From contig CABUGH010000001.1 in assembly GCA_902491155.1 (NCBI GenBank), forward strand, positions 28,177-92,176: DNA of 64,000 bases, written 5' to 3'. Both the position numbers and the translations under genes were made by a program. Shown piece by piece: positions 1 to 11,291 of the stretch (positions are counted from its first letter, which is position 1; each line of letters starts with the position of its first letter). Source of the DNA: an uncultured Clostridium sp. GTDB lineage: Bacteria; Bacillota; Clostridia; TANB77; CAG-508. Below the pieces are notes generated by a model. It had not been told where the DNA came from. It did not search any database and saw nothing but the letters and a program-made list of their open reading frames with translations.

Positions 1-2243
1 GCATCTAATCCATCTGCAAAAGATGATTTAATTGGAATTTCTACTGCTTTACCTGTTGTACTAGCCATCAAACCTCTCATACCAGCAATTTGACGTAACT
101 GGTTCATATTACCACGAGCTCCAGATTTAACCATCATATAGATTGGGTTTAAGTCATCAAAGTTATCTTCCATTGCCTTACTAACATCATTAGTAGCTTT
201 ATCCCAAACTTTGATAACAGCATTATAACGCTCTTCATTTGTAATCAAACCACGTGTATACTGTTTTCTAATTGTTTCAACTTTTTGGTCAGCTTCTTTT
301 AATATTTCTTTTTTAGCTGGTGGTACTTTTACATCACTCATAGAGAACGTAATACCTGCTAATGTAGAATATTTAAATCCTAAAGCTTTAATATAATCTA
401 TAACTTCAGCTGATTCTGTTAAACCATGTAATCTAATAACTCTTTCTATAATTGTTCCCATTGTTTTTTTCATAACTGGAAAATCTATTTCATATTGGAA
501 TGGATCTTCCTCTCTATTTATAAATCCTAAATCTTGTGGAATTCCTTGGTTAAAAATAATTCTTCCAACACTTGTCTCAATTTTCTTTGTTTTCATTTCG
601 CCATTAATTTCTTTAGTAATTCTAACAAAAATCTTAGCATGAATATCTACATCATGATTTTCAAAAGCCATTATTGCTTCATCAGGATCACGGAAATATG
701 TACCTTCTCCTTTTTCACCATCTAATGTCATTGTTAAATAATAACTTCCTAAAATCATGTCTAGTCTAGGAACTGCAACTGGTTTGCCATCTTGTGGTTT
801 TAACAAGTTGTTTGTAGATAACATTAAATATCTTGCTTCTGATTGTGCTTCTAATGATAATGGTAAATGGATAGCCATTTGGTCACCATCAAAGTCAGCA
901 TTAAATGCTTCACAAACAAGTGGGTGAAGTTTAATTGCTCTACCCTCTACTAATACTGGTTCAAATGCTTGAATACCAAGTCTATGTAGTGTTGGAGCAC
1001 GGTTTAACATTACAGGATGATCTTTTATAACATCTTCTAATATTCCCCAAACTTCTGGATTTAATCTTTCTACCATTCTTTTTGCATTTTTAATATTTTG
1101 AGCTAAACCTCTTCCTACCAATTCTTTCATAACAAAAGGTTTAAATAATTCTACTGCCATTTCTTTAGGTAATCCACATTGATATATTTTTAGTTCTGGT
1201 CCTACAACTATAACAGAACGTCCAGAATAGTCAACACGTTTTCCTAACAAGTTTTGACGGAAACGTCCTTGTTTACCTTTTAACATATCTGATAAAGATT
1301 TTAAAGGTCTATTTCCTGCACCTGTAACAGGTCTTCCACGTCTACCATTATCAATTAAAGCATCAACAGATTCTTGTAACATACGTTTTTCATTACGTAC
1401 AATTATTTCTGGAGCTCCTAATTCTAATAAACGTTTTAATCTGTTATTTCTATTTATAACTCTACGATATAAATCATTTAAGTCAGATGTTGCAAAACGT
1501 CCACCATCTAATTGTACCATAGGTCTTAATTCTGGTGGTATAACAGGAACAACACCCATTATCATCCATTCTGGTCTATTTCCAGAAATTCTAAATGATT
1601 CTACAGTATCTAATCTTTTAATATATTTACTTCTTTTTTGTTCACTTGCTTTTTCAATATCTTTTTTAATAGAAGCTGATAATTTATCCAAATCAATTTC
1701 TTCTAATAATTTTTTAAGTGCCTCTGCACCCATTTGAGCTTTAAAAGAACCTCTACCATATTTTTCTTCCGCTTCATGATATTCTTTTTCTGTAAGAACT
1801 TGGCATTTTTCCAAACCTGATGTACCTTTATCGACAACTATATATGAAGCAAAATAGATAACTTTTTCCAAATTTCTTGGAGAAACATCTAACATCAAAG
1901 CAATTCTACTTGGAATTCCTTTAAAATACCATATATGTGCAACAGGTGCTGCAAGCTCAATATGTCCCATTCTTTCACGTCTAACTTTAGCTTTAGTTAC
2001 CTCTACACCACAACGGTCACAAACAATTCCTTTATAACGTACTCTTTTATATTTACCACAATGACATTCCCAGTCTTTTGTTGGTCCAAATATTCTTTCA
2101 CAGAATAAACCATCTTTTTCTGGTTTCAATGTTCTATAATTTATAGTCTCTGGCTTTTTAACTTCTCCTTTTGACCATTCTCTTATTTTTTCATCTGATG
2201 CAATACCTATTTTTAATTTATTAAAAATATCTAACTCGTCCAC
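1..2243 (-). CDS. rpoC: DNA-directed RNA polymerase subunit beta' (N-terminal ~747 aa; the gene runs off the window edge)
   Basis: The reverse-strand translation from the GTG at 2243 reads [82 protein letters not shown], the canonical RpoC N-terminus with its zinc-binding CxC..CxxC. An AGGGAG RBS sits 7 nt upstream. The gene lies immediately downstream of rpoB on the same strand. It is missing from the ORF track because it is open at the window edge. Confidence 0.93.
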   Translation of the reverse strand, partial: MDELDIFNKLKIGIASDEKIREWSKGEVKKPETINYRTLKPEKDGLFCERIFGPTKDWECHCGKYKRVRYKGIVCDRCGVEVTKAKVRRERMGHIELAAPVAHIWYFKGIPSRIALMLDVSPRNLEKVIYFASYIVVDKGTSGLEKCQVLTEKEYHEAEEKYGRGSFKAQMGAEALKKLLEEIDLDKLSASIKKDIEKASEQKRSKYIKRLDTVESFRISGNRPEWMIMGVVPVIPPELRPMVQLDGGRFATSDLNDLYRRVINRNNRLKRLLELGAPEIIVRNEKRMLQESVDALIDNGRRGRPVTGAGNRPLKSLSDMLKGKQGRFRQNLLGKRVDYSGRSVIVVGPELKIYQCGLPKEMAVELFKPFVMKELVGRGLAQNIKNAKRMVERLNPEVWGILEDVIKDHPVMLNRAPTLHRLGIQAFEPVLVEGRAIKLHPLVCEAFNADFDGDQMAIHLPLSLEAQSEARYLMLSTNNLLKPQDGKPVAVPRLDMILGSYYLTMTLDGEKGEGTYFRDPDEAIMAFENHDVDIHAKIFVRITKEINGEMKTKKIETSVGRIIFNQGIPQDLGFINREEDPFQYEIDFPVMKKTMGTIIERVIRLHGLTESAEVIDYIKALGFKYSTLAGITFSMSDVKVPPAKKEILKEADQKVETIRKQYTRGLITNEERYNAVIKVWDKATNDVSKAMEDNFDDLNPIYMMVKSGARGNMNQLRQIAGMRGLMASTTGKAVEIPIKSSFADGLD

Positions 2244-2356
2244 AACTTTTCTCCCTTCAAATTTTACATTTGGGTAATTTTGGAACAGGCACAAGAACTA
2301 TCCACTGCTCGAACAATTCCTTCTTGTCGTCTTTTGCCTTTCCAAAATTTATTTAG

Positions 2357-5300
2357 TTATATAATATCATTTTCGTCATCTAAATTATCCTCAGCCAAGT
2401 CACTGCCAAAAATTTCTTCATCCTCATCATCTAATTCTTCAAAAAGATCATCACTCTCATCATCTTCCAAAGCAATATTATCATCATCATCTTCTTCTAA
2501 AGACTCATCCATATAACCATCTTCTAAATCATCAGCTGCAATAACTTCATCTTCACTTAATATTTTTTTATCTTGTTCAGGATCATATTCTATTCCATCT
2601 TCAATATTTTCTTTTAATTCAAGTTCTTCATTATTTTCAGAATATAAACGAACATCTAATCCTAAAGATTGTAATTCTTTTACTAAAACTTTAAAGCTTT
2701 CTGGAACACCTGGTTCTGGTATGTTTTCACCTTTAACAATAGCTTCATAAGTTTTAACACGTCCAACAACATCATCTGATTTAACTGTAAGCATTTCTTG
2801 TAATGTATAAGCTGCACCATAAGCCTCCAATGCCCAAACTTCCATTTCTCCAAAACGTTGTCCACCAAATTGTGCTTTACCACCAAGTGGTTGTTGAGTA
2901 ACTAATGAGTATGGTCCTGTTGAACGAGCATGTATTTTATCATCTACCAAGTGATGCAATTTTAACATATACATAACACCAACTGTACATGGTTTTGCAA
3001 AAGGATCACCTGTTCTACCATCATATAAAATAGATTTTCCATCTTTGCTCATTCCTGCTTTTTCTAATAACTCTTCAACATCTTGTTGTGTAGCACCATC
3101 AAATACTGGTGTTGAAACATGCCAACCTAATGCTTTTGCAGCTCCACCTAAGTGAACTTCCAAAATTTGTCCCAAGTTCATACGAGAAGGAACACCTAAT
3201 GGGTTTAATAAAATATCAATTGGTGTACCATCTGGTAAAAATGGCATATCTTCTTCTGGTAAAACTCTTGAAATAACACCCTTATTACCATGACGTCCAG
3301 CCATTTTATCACCTACAGAGATCTTTCTCTTTGTAGCAATATAACAACGAATTATTTGATTTACACCAGGTCCTAATTCATCTGAATTATCTCTTGTAAA
3401 TATTTTTACATCAACAATTGTTCCTGCCTCACCATGTGGCACTTTTAATGATGTATCTCTTACTTCTCTTGCTTTTTCTCCAAAGATAGCACGTAATAAT
3501 CTTTCTTCTGCTGTTAATTCTGTTTCTCCTTTTGGAGTAACTTTACCAACTAATATATCTCCTGGTCTAACTTCTGCACCAATTCTAATAATACCATTTT
3601 CATCTAAGTCTTTTAATACATCATCACCAACATTTGGTATGTCTCTTGTTATCTCTTCTGGTCCCAATTTTGTATCACGACATTCGCAATCATATTCTTC
3701 TATATGTATAGATGTAAATACATCTTCTTTTACTAATCTTTCATTTAATAAAATAGCATCTTCATAGTTATAACCTTCCCATGTTGAGAATGCAACTACA
3801 CAGTTTTTACCAAGTGACATTTCTCCATCTTTTGTTGATGGTCCATCAGCTATAGCATCACCTTTTTTAACTATTTCCCCATTTTTTACAATTGGTCTTT
3901 GATTTATGCATGTTCCACCATTTGTTCTTTTGAACTTACGTAATTTATGAATAACTGTTTTTCCATTATTATATTTCATAGTAATGGCATCACCTGTTAC
4001 TTTTTGAACAACTCCATCATCTTCTGCTAAAATTAATATTCCTGAATCCTTTGCCGCTCTATATTCAATTCCTGTTCCGACAATTGGCCTTTCTGTAATC
4101 ATAAGTGGTACAGCTTGACGTTGCATGTTTGCACCCATCAAAGATCTTTTTGCATCATCATGCTCCAAGAATGGAATCATTGCTGCAGCAATTGATACTA
4201 ATTGTTTTGGAGAAACATCAACATATTGAACTTGTTTTTTATCAACTTCTATAATGTCATTTCTGTAACGAACTCTAATTCTGTCATTTATAAATTCTCC
4301 ATTTTCATCCATTGGCTCTGATGCTTGGGCAATTATATAATTGTCTTCAACATCTGCACTCATATATTCTACAATATCTGTAGCTCTATGTGTTTCTGGA
4401 TCTATTTTTCTATATGGTGTTTCTATAAATCCATATTCATTTATACTTGCAAATGATGAAAGTGCTGATATAAGTCCAATGTTTGGTCCTTCTGGTGATT
4501 CAATTGGGCATAATCTACCATAATGTGTATAGTGAACATCACGAACCTCAAATCCTGCTCTTTCTCTTGTTAAACCACCAGGTCCTAATGCTGAAATTCT
4601 TCTTTTATGTGTTAATTCAGAAAGTGGGTTTGTTTGGTCCATAAATTGTGATAATTGTGAACTTCCAAAGAATTCACGAATAGCAGATGTTATAGGTTTT
4701 GTATTAATTAATGTTTGTGGTGTTACAACATCTAAGTCTTGAATTGTCATTCTTTCACGAACAACTCTTTCAAGTCTTGCTAAACCAATTCTGAATTGGT
4801 TTTGTAAAAGTTCACCTACACAACGAATTCTACGGTTTGCTAAGTGATCTATATCATCTTTCTTACCTAAACCATGTGATAAATTTAATAAAAAGTTAAT
4901 TGATGCTATCATATCTTCTGTTGTGATATGTTTTGGTACTAATTCTTCCATTCTTTCTTTTAGCATTTTTATTAAATCTTCTTCTGCTGTATTATCTACT
5001 ATATTTTTTAATACTGCATAATTTACATTTTCTTTTAAATGTAAACTACTTAAATCAACATTTGGTAAAACTTTATGTGCATTTACTGTACCATTACCAA
5101 TAATTCTAACTTTTCTTTCTCCTACTAAAATATCAACAATATTAATTCCTGAATTTTGTATATCTTCTGCAATATCTCCTTTAATTATTTCTCCTGCTTG
5201 TACAAAAACTTCTCCTGTCTCACTATCAATAATATCATTTGCAGCTACTTTTCCTTTAATTCTTCCTGCTAGTCCTAATTTTTGATTAAATTTATATCTA

Positions 5301-6124
5301 CCAACTTTTGCTAAGTCATATCTTCTATTATCATAAAATAATCCATTAAATAAACTTCTTGCTGCTTCTACAGTTGGTAATTCTCCTGGTCTCAATTTTT
5401 TGTATATTTCTATTAAAGCTTCATCTTGATCTTTTATTGGATCTTTTGCAATAGTTGTTGTTATTAAATCTTCTTCTCCAAACAATTCCCTTATTTGATC
5501 ATCTGTAATAACTCCTATTGCTCTTAATAATGTTGTGATTGGAACTTTTCTTGTTCTATCTACACGTACCCAGAATATATCGTTTCCATCTGTTTCATAT
5601 TCTAGCCATGCTCCTCTTAATGGCATTACTGTTGATGTATATGTTTTCTTTCCTGTTTTTGTATCAAATATTTCGTCATAGTAACATCCTGGTGAACGTA
5701 CCAATTGGCTTACTACAACTCTTTCTGCTCCATTGATTACAAATGTTCCACTGTCTGTCATTAATGGAAAATCTCCTAAATAGATTTCTTGCTCTTTTAT
5801 TTCTCCTGTTTCACGGTTGATTAATCTTACTTTTACATGTAATCTTGTAGAATATGTAGCATCTCTTTCTTTTGCTTCTTCCAATGTATATTTTGTTTTT
5901 TCTTCCATGTAATAATCAAAAAACTCAAGAACTAGATTGCCTGAATAATCTTCAATTGGTGAAATATCTTTTAATACTTCTCCTAATCCTTCTTCTACAA
6001 ACCAGTCATATGAATCTTTTTGTACTTTGATTAGGTTTGGCATTTCAATAAAATCTCCAACTTTGGCAAAATCTTTTCTTGAGGCTTTTTCATATTGGAT
6101 ATCGCGTATTTTCAAAAAAATCAC
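2357..6124 (-). CDS. rpoB: DNA-directed RNA polymerase subunit beta, with a ~60-aa poly-acidic C-terminal tail
   Basis: The 1255-aa ORF opens with [15 protein letters not shown] and is collinear with RpoB across the rifampicin-cluster region and the [15 protein letters not shown] motif. The C-terminal tail is rich in D and E. Confidence 0.97.
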   Translation of the reverse strand: MIFLKIRDIQYEKASRKDFAKVGDFIEMPNLIKVQKDSYDWFVEEGLGEVLKDISPIEDYSGNLVLEFFDYYMEEKTKYTLEEAKERDATYSTRLHVKVRLINRETGEIKEQEIYLGDFPLMTDSGTFVINGAERVVVSQLVRSPGCYYDEIFDTKTGKKTYTSTVMPLRGAWLEYETDGNDIFWVRVDRTRKVPITTLLRAIGVITDDQIRELFGEEDLITTTIAKDPIKDQDEALIEIYKKLRPGELPTVEAARSLFNGLFYDNRRYDLAKVGRYKFNQKLGLAGRIKGKVAANDIIDSETGEVFVQAGEIIKGDIAEDIQNSGINIVDILVGERKVRIIGNGTVNAHKVLPNVDLSSLHLKENVNYAVLKNIVDNTAEEDLIKMLKERMEELVPKHITTEDMIASINFLLNLSHGLGKKDDIDHLANRRIRCVGELLQNQFRIGLARLERVVRERMTIQDLDVVTPQTLINTKPITSAIREFFGSSQLSQFMDQTNPLSELTHKRRISALGPGGLTRERAGFEVRDVHYTHYGRLCPIESPEGPNIGLISALSSFASINEYGFIETPYRKIDPETHRATDIVEYMSADVEDNYIIAQASEPMDENGEFINDRIRVRYRNDIIEVDKKQVQYVDVSPKQLVSIAAAMIPFLEHDDAKRSLMGANMQRQAVPLMITERPIVGTGIEYRAAKDSGILILAEDDGVVQKVTGDAITMKYNNGKTVIHKLRKFKRTNGGTCINQRPIVKNGEIVKKGDAIADGPSTKDGEMSLGKNCVVAFSTWEGYNYEDAILLNERLVKEDVFTSIHIEEYDCECRDTKLGPEEITRDIPNVGDDVLKDLDENGIIRIGAEVRPGDILVGKVTPKGETELTAEERLLRAIFGEKAREVRDTSLKVPHGEAGTIVDVKIFTRDNSDELGPGVNQIIRCYIATKRKISVGDKMAGRHGNKGVISRVLPEEDMPFLPDGTPIDILLNPLGVPSRMNLGQILEVHLGGAAKALGWHVSTPVFDGATQQDVEELLEKAGMSKDGKSILYDGRTGDPFAKPCTVGVMYMLKLHHLVDDKIHARSTGPYSLVTQQPLGGKAQFGGQRFGEMEVWALEAYGAAYTLQEMLTVKSDDVVGRVKTYEAIVKGENIPEPGVPESFKVLVKELQSLGLDVRLYSENNEELELKENIEDGIEYDPEQDKKILSEDEVIAADDLEDGYMDESLEEDDDDNIALEDDESDDLFEELDDEDEEIFGSDLAEDNLDDENDII

Positions 6125-6360
6125 TCCTTAATTTTATTTTGGCAGAAATAATTTATTTGATTTTAGGAAAAGTCCTTCTTAGAATATAGCTCCTTTAAGT
6201 TTTCTAAAATGTCTGCTCTTCATCTTAGATTTTCTTACGGTTTTCTATATTTAATTCCTCTTTTCTTAAAATTGAAATCTTTGATTAAAATTTGTTGATT
6301 TTAACTTCTTCGTTTGATTTTAATAAATTTCGTGAAAATTCTTATATATTATATCAAAAA

Positions 6361-6400
6361 AATCACTGTCTTGTCAATAGCTGAACAGTGATTTTTTACT
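6361..6400. terminator. Bidirectional rho-independent terminator (AAAAATCACTG..CAGTGATTTTTT)
   Basis: A perfect 9-10 bp inverted repeat is flanked by an A-run and a T-run. It lies between the 3' end of the pilin-like/FGE gene and the rpoB promoter region. Confidence 0.6.
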
Positions 6401-6553
6401 TATAAATTCAATTTTTTTATACTAATCTACTAATACTTTTATATACATTATTTCTTTAAATAAAATTAATTTTTTTCTTTTGTCAGTTTTACTTTTTGCA
6501 TTATAGTTAAAAATTTTGAAAGAAGTTTTAAATTTTAGGTAGTTTTTTCATTT

Positions 6554-7855
6554 TTAATTCATGCAAAGTACAGGTCTAAAACTAACAGCATTTCCACTAT
6601 AGGTTACTCCATTATAACCATGATAAGAAACAGCCCTACTAGAACCTAAATCATAAAAACTTCCGCCTCTGTGGGAACAAGGATAAATATCATCAGAAGT
6701 TTTTTCTAATGTCCATTCCCATTCATTTCCTGCTAAATCATAAATATTCATTTTTTTGGTATAGTCTGATATCCCAGTGCTTAATAATGTTCTATAATCA
6801 TTTCCTGAATCTGGTTTTACATAAGAATTTGCAATTTTTGTCCATGCCCCTAATGAATCATTATGTATAGCATATTTTCCCACTGTTATATTTTCTATTT
6901 TTGCATTATTATAATTTCCCCATATTGTACTATCAGAATTTATATCTGCTATTGTCAATTCACTTTTCATTTCTAGAAATTCACAAATTAAATCCCATTG
7001 TATTCCAAACATTAAAGAACTTGAATAATTATTGTCTGGTGTTATTTCTTTAGCCAAAGCTTGAGCTTCACTACAATATATATAGTTATATGGTATAGCA
7101 TCTTTTTGAATTATAGCTTTTGGAGATATTCCTATTTCTATATCTTTATGTGAGTTTCTCGATTTCGCTAAATTTTCTATACTTCCTTCTATTCCAGCCT
7201 CATATCTTCCCATCCAGAATCCACCATAAGTATACACATTTTTTAACATTTTTTGATAAGCCTTTTTGTATTCATCATATGTTAATCCACAGCCATTTTT
7301 TAATTTTTTTTGCTCATCTGTTAAGTTAGATGTACTTGCTTTTACCAATGTATTTCCATCCATTGCATACCATTCATCTGAATATAGACCTCTATATGTT
7401 GCTGCATAATTTATTAATTTATTTTTTATATCATTATAATTTTGCTCAGTTAATTCTTTTGATGTATCTATTGTTAAACCTGAAAATACTGTTGTTTTTG
7501 GCACTTCTACCCAAACCCATTCATTATTATTTCGATCTTTTATTACTATTCCTTCATTTGCATCATTTTCTAATACACTTGAATTTTCTGGCACTGTTTC
7601 TCCTGGATTTGTATCTGATTTATTTACATTTTTGAAATTATAAACTCCTACCATATTTTCCATATTTGATAAAGTTTTTTCTTCTTCTTTTTGTGCCTGT
7701 GCTGTTTTCTCTTTTGCTTCCTTTGCTCTAGTCAAAATTCCATTATCACCACTTAAAGCTGCTATTGCTACTCCTGCAAGTATTAGAAGTACTATGGTTG
7801 TTATTACTAGTGCTATTAGTGTAATTCCTCTTGCGTTTTTCTTCGTTTTGTTCAT
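6554..7855 (-). CDS. Prepilin-type N-terminal domain protein fused to a formylglycine-generating-enzyme (FGE/SUMF1) family domain
   Basis: The N-terminus KNARG|ITLIALVITTIVLLILAGVAIAAL is a class III (type IV pilin-like) signal that lacks Glu+5. The C-terminal half carries FGE-sulfatase hallmarks: GFWMGRYE, HRGGSF and NAVSFRPVL. Confidence 0.7.
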   Translation of the reverse strand: MNKTKKNARGITLIALVITTIVLLILAGVAIAALSGDNGILTRAKEAKEKTAQAQKEEEKTLSNMENMVGVYNFKNVNKSDTNPGETVPENSSVLENDANEGIVIKDRNNNEWVWVEVPKTTVFSGLTIDTSKELTEQNYNDIKNKLINYAATYRGLYSDEWYAMDGNTLVKASTSNLTDEQKKLKNGCGLTYDEYKKAYQKMLKNVYTYGGFWMGRYEAGIEGSIENLAKSRNSHKDIEIGISPKAIIQKDAIPYNYIYCSEAQALAKEITPDNNYSSSLMFGIQWDLICEFLEMKSELTIADINSDSTIWGNYNNAKIENITVGKYAIHNDSLGAWTKIANSYVKPDSGNDYRTLLSTGISDYTKKMNIYDLAGNEWEWTLEKTSDDIYPCSHRGGSFYDLGSSRAVSYHGYNGVTYSGNAVSFRPVLCMN

Positions 7856-8038
7856 GTCAAAATCCCCCTTGTTTTCCTAAAATTATTTTTATTAAGTTTT
7901 AAACTTTAGTAAAAGTATATAACTAATTTTATAGCATATACCAAGAAAAAATGCAATATTTTATTATAACATAAATAAAACAAATCAAAAATATAACTTC
8001 ACATCAATATTTCATCTTATTTTTTATTCCACAAAATC

Positions 8039-8067
8039 TTGATTTATAAGCCAAAAAACAGTATAAT
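8039..8067 (+). promoter_or_regulatory. Sigma-A-type promoter (TTGATT, 17 nt, TATAAT) for the P-type ATPase gene
   Basis: The -35 box TTGATT at 8039-8044 and the -10 box TATAAT at 8062-8067 are separated by 17 nt. The promoter sits about 80 nt upstream of the 8146 start. Confidence 0.55.
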
Positions 8068-8145
8068 TTTAATATAAAAAACAAACTCAAAGTAGACATA
8101 TTAACCTAACACAAATTTGCCTACATCTTAATATTTAAAAGGAAT

Positions 8146-10614
8146 GTGATAAATTTGAAAAATATAGAAAGATATGAAACAAATACAAAAACAGGACTAA
8201 CAGCAGAACAAGTCCAAAAAAGAATAGAAGAAAATCTAGTAAATCATGACACAACAGTACCAACAAAAAGCATAAAAAAAATATTATACGAAAACTTTTT
8301 TACATTATTTAATCTAATAAATCTTGTATTAGGACTATGTATATTTTTTGTAGGCTCATACAAAAACATGCTATTTTTACTCATAGTAATAATAAATACA
8401 GCAATAAGCACTATTCAAGAAATCCATTCAAAAAAAGTAGTGGATAAATTGTCAATAGTTGCATCTCCAAAAGCTACAGTAATAAGAAATAGTAAAAAGG
8501 AAAATATAGATATTCATCAATTAGTTTTAGATGATATTATCATCTTAAAAACAGGTGACCAAATTGCAGCAGATTGCAAAATTCTAAATAATGAGGTCGA
8601 AGTAAATGAATCTTGCATAACTGGAGAAACAAATACAATTAGAAAAAAAGTTGGTGATTTACTACTTTCTGGAAGCTACATTGTAAGTGGCAATACTACT
8701 GCAAAAATTGAACATATCGGAGAAGAAAATTACACTGCCAAAATTTCAAGTGGTGCCAAATATGTAAAAAAAGTAAAATCAGAAATCATGACTTCTCTAA
8801 ACCAAATAATAAAAATACTAACTTTTGCAATTATACCTATTGGAATTTTATTTTTTGCTAATCAATTACGTATTCCTGGAAATACATATCAATCAGCAGT
8901 TGTAAAATCAGTTGCTGCAATAATTGGCATGATACCAGAAGGTCTAGTACTATTGACAAGTACTGTATTAGCCGTAAGTGTTATAAGACTTTCAAAATCA
9001 AAAGTTCTAGTACAAGAACTTTATTGCATAGAAACATTAGCAAGGGTTGACACCCTTTGCTTAGATAAAACTGGAACACTAACAGAAGGTAAACTTCAAG
9101 TAGAAAAAACAATTCCAATTATGCAAGAAAAACTTTTAGAAAAGAGCTCTGTAAATTCTAAAAAACCAGAAAATATTCAAAATACAAATACAATTAGAAA
9201 TTCAGAAAACTTACAAATAATATTAAACTTATTTGCTAAATTTTCACCAGATTCTAACACAACAATAGAAGCTATTAGAAATTTTTGTACTAAAAACAAA
9301 ACAAAAATTGATAAAAATTATCAGCTTAATCAGGCTGTACCTTTTTCTTCAGAAAAAAAATGGTCTGGAATATCAATAACCAATAATGGAAGCTATGTTT
9401 TAGGAGCACCAGAGTTTGTGTTAAAACAACAATTCAATATTTTTAAAAATGATATTTTACATTATCAAGAAGATTATAGGGTTCTTGCAATAGCGTATTC
9501 AAATAATGATTTTGAGAATAATGAATTACCAGAAAATCTAGAATTGCTTGGATTTGTCATACTTTCTGATATAATACGTAAAGATGCTAAAAATACTCTT
9601 CAATATTTTAAAAATCAAGGTGTAAATATAAAAATAATATCAGGTGATAATCCTGTAACCGTTTCTAAAATTGGTAAACAAGTTGGTTTAGAAAACTATG
9701 ATAAATATATTGATATGTCTACTGTTAAAGATTGTGATATCAATAAAATAGTCGAAAATCATACTATTTTTGGCAGAGTTTCACCCATACAAAAAAAATT
9801 AATTATAGAAGCTTTACAAAACAATGGTAAAACTGTTGCTATGACTGGTGATGGAGTTAATGATGTTTTAGCTTTAAAAACTTCTGATTGTAGTATTGCA
9901 ATGGCTAATGGAAGTGATGCAGCAAAAAATGTGTCTCAATTGATTTTGTTAAATTCTGACTTTTCTTCTATGCCTAAAATAGTAGCAGAAGGTAGAAGAA
10001 CAATAAATAATATTGAACGTTCCGCTTCTCTATTTTTAGTAAAAACAATTTATTCTTGTTTAAACGCTATTTTGTTTTTACTAATTGGAGAACCATATCC
10101 TTTTGAACCAATTCAACTAAGCTTAATAAGTACTGTAACAATAGGTATTCCTTCATTTGTTTTAGCATTAGAGCCTAACAAAGAACGAATAAACGGTAAT
10201 TTTTTAAAAAATGTAATTTCAAAATCACTACCAACGGCTTTATGTGTAACAACAAATATTTTTGCAATAACAATATTAAAAAAATACAACATACTAACAT
10301 CAGAAGAAAGTTCCACATTATGTATAATCTCAACTGGAATCTTAGGATTGCTCCTATTATTCACACTAGCCAAAAGTAGAAAAAGTGAACAATCAAAATT
10401 ACCTTTTTCAATATTCAGATTAACACTTGCACTTTTAATGACTATATTATTCATCTGCTGCCTTACTACATTTAATTGGTGGTTTGACATAACTGAATTA
10501 TACAATCTTTTTGATAAAATTCTTCCTTTAATTATAACATGTATTCTCAATTACATAATACTAAATTTTATAAACTCAAACTATAAAGCACTTGATTATC
10601 ATAGAAACAATTGA
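8146..10614 (+). CDS. P-type cation-transporting ATPase (P2-type, Ca2+/Mg2+-like)
   Basis: The ORF has the DKTGTLT phosphorylation motif (LCLDKTGTLTEG), the hinge motif TGDGVNDVLALK, and N- and C-terminal transmembrane bundles. It is 822 aa and carries a low-complexity insert (NSKKPENIQNTNTIRNSEN). Confidence 0.9.
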   Translation: MINLKNIERYETNTKTGLTAEQVQKRIEENLVNHDTTVPTKSIKKILYENFFTLFNLINLVLGLCIFFVGSYKNMLFLLIVIINTAISTIQEIHSKKVVDKLSIVASPKATVIRNSKKENIDIHQLVLDDIIILKTGDQIAADCKILNNEVEVNESCITGETNTIRKKVGDLLLSGSYIVSGNTTAKIEHIGEENYTAKISSGAKYVKKVKSEIMTSLNQIIKILTFAIIPIGILFFANQLRIPGNTYQSAVVKSVAAIIGMIPEGLVLLTSTVLAVSVIRLSKSKVLVQELYCIETLARVDTLCLDKTGTLTEGKLQVEKTIPIMQEKLLEKSSVNSKKPENIQNTNTIRNSENLQIILNLFAKFSPDSNTTIEAIRNFCTKNKTKIDKNYQLNQAVPFSSEKKWSGISITNNGSYVLGAPEFVLKQQFNIFKNDILHYQEDYRVLAIAYSNNDFENNELPENLELLGFVILSDIIRKDAKNTLQYFKNQGVNIKIISGDNPVTVSKIGKQVGLENYDKYIDMSTVKDCDINKIVENHTIFGRVSPIQKKLIIEALQNNGKTVAMTGDGVNDVLALKTSDCSIAMANGSDAAKNVSQLILLNSDFSSMPKIVAEGRRTINNIERSASLFLVKTIYSCLNAILFLLIGEPYPFEPIQLSLISTVTIGIPSFVLALEPNKERINGNFLKNVISKSLPTALCVTTNIFAITILKKYNILTSEESSTLCIISTGILGLLLLFTLAKSRKSEQSKLPFSIFRLTLALLMTILFICCLTTFNWWFDITELYNLFDKILPLIITCILNYIILNFINSNYKALDYHRNN

Positions 10615-10676
10615 CAATAAAATATAATTGTGATATATTTTTTAAAATCAAATTAAACATAAGAAAGGACAAAAAA

Positions 10677-11243
10677 ATGGCAACATTACCTATATTTGTA
10701 AAATATTTAATAACTTTTTTCATAAGTATGGTACCAATAGTAGAATTAAGAGGAGCAATACCTATTGCTGAAAGCTTAGGGCTTAACATTTTTACATATT
10801 ATCCTGTAGCAATAATAGGAAATATGTTACCTGTACCAATAATATATTTATTTGCAAGAAAAGTACTTGAATGGGGAAAAGACAAAAAAATAATTGGTAA
10901 ATTTTTTACTTGGTGTTTAGAAAAAGGTGAAAAAGGTGGACAAAAATTAAAAGAAACAGCAGGAGAACGAGGTCTATTTTTTGCTTTACTTTTATTTGTT
11001 GGTATCCCACTACCAGGAACAGGTGCATGGACAGGAACATTAGCTGCAAGCTTTTTAAATATCGATTTCAAAACAAGTATCTCTGCAGTAACTCTTGGTG
11101 TACTATTAGCTGGAATAATAATGTCTTTAGGGAGTAAATTTGTATCTACTCTAGGCTGGCCAGGATTAATTGCAATTATTGCAATACTATTAATAATTAT
11201 ATGCATATTTGTTTTCAAAGGAAAAAAGAAAAGCTCAAAATAA
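10677..11243 (+). CDS. Small multidrug-export-like membrane protein (COG2426 / Sm_multidrug_ex family)
   Basis: The sequence MATLPIFVKYLITFFISMVPIVELRGAIPIA matches the conserved N-terminus of this family and the protein has four transmembrane helices. The start is set at the internal ATG with RBS AGAAAGGA rather than the upstream ORF-track start at 10611. Confidence 0.6.
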   Translation: MATLPIFVKYLITFFISMVPIVELRGAIPIAESLGLNIFTYYPVAIIGNMLPVPIIYLFARKVLEWGKDKKIIGKFFTWCLEKGEKGGQKLKETAGERGLFFALLLFVGIPLPGTGAWTGTLAASFLNIDFKTSISAVTLGVLLAGIIMSLGSKFVSTLGWPGLIAIIAILLIIICIFVFKGKKKSSK

Positions 11244-11252
11244 TAACCAATT

Positions 11253-11291
11253 AGAGGTAAAAGTTTTCAAACTTTTACCTCTAAATTTTTA
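11253..11291 (+). terminator. Rho-independent terminator (AGAGGTAAAAGT-loop-ACTTTTACCTCT)
   Basis: A 12-bp perfect stem is followed by a T-rich tract. It lies between convergent genes. Confidence 0.6.

Noticed and set aside
2280-2886. Plus-strand and short minus-strand ORFs (2280-2516, 2683-2886, 4341-4523, 5539-5736) inside rpoB
   Set aside because: They are shadow ORFs within or antisense to a highly conserved gene and have low-complexity Ser-rich or Leu-rich translations.
7120-7635. Plus-strand ORFs of 69 and 101 aa antisense to the pilin-like/FGE gene
   Set aside because: Their Leu/Phe/His-rich translations are typical of antisense AT-rich coding sequence, and they have no RBS.
10113-10789. 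Minus-strand ORFs overlapping the P-type ATPase 3' end and the small-export gene
   Set aside because: They are shadow ORFs that conflict with well-supported plus-strand genes.
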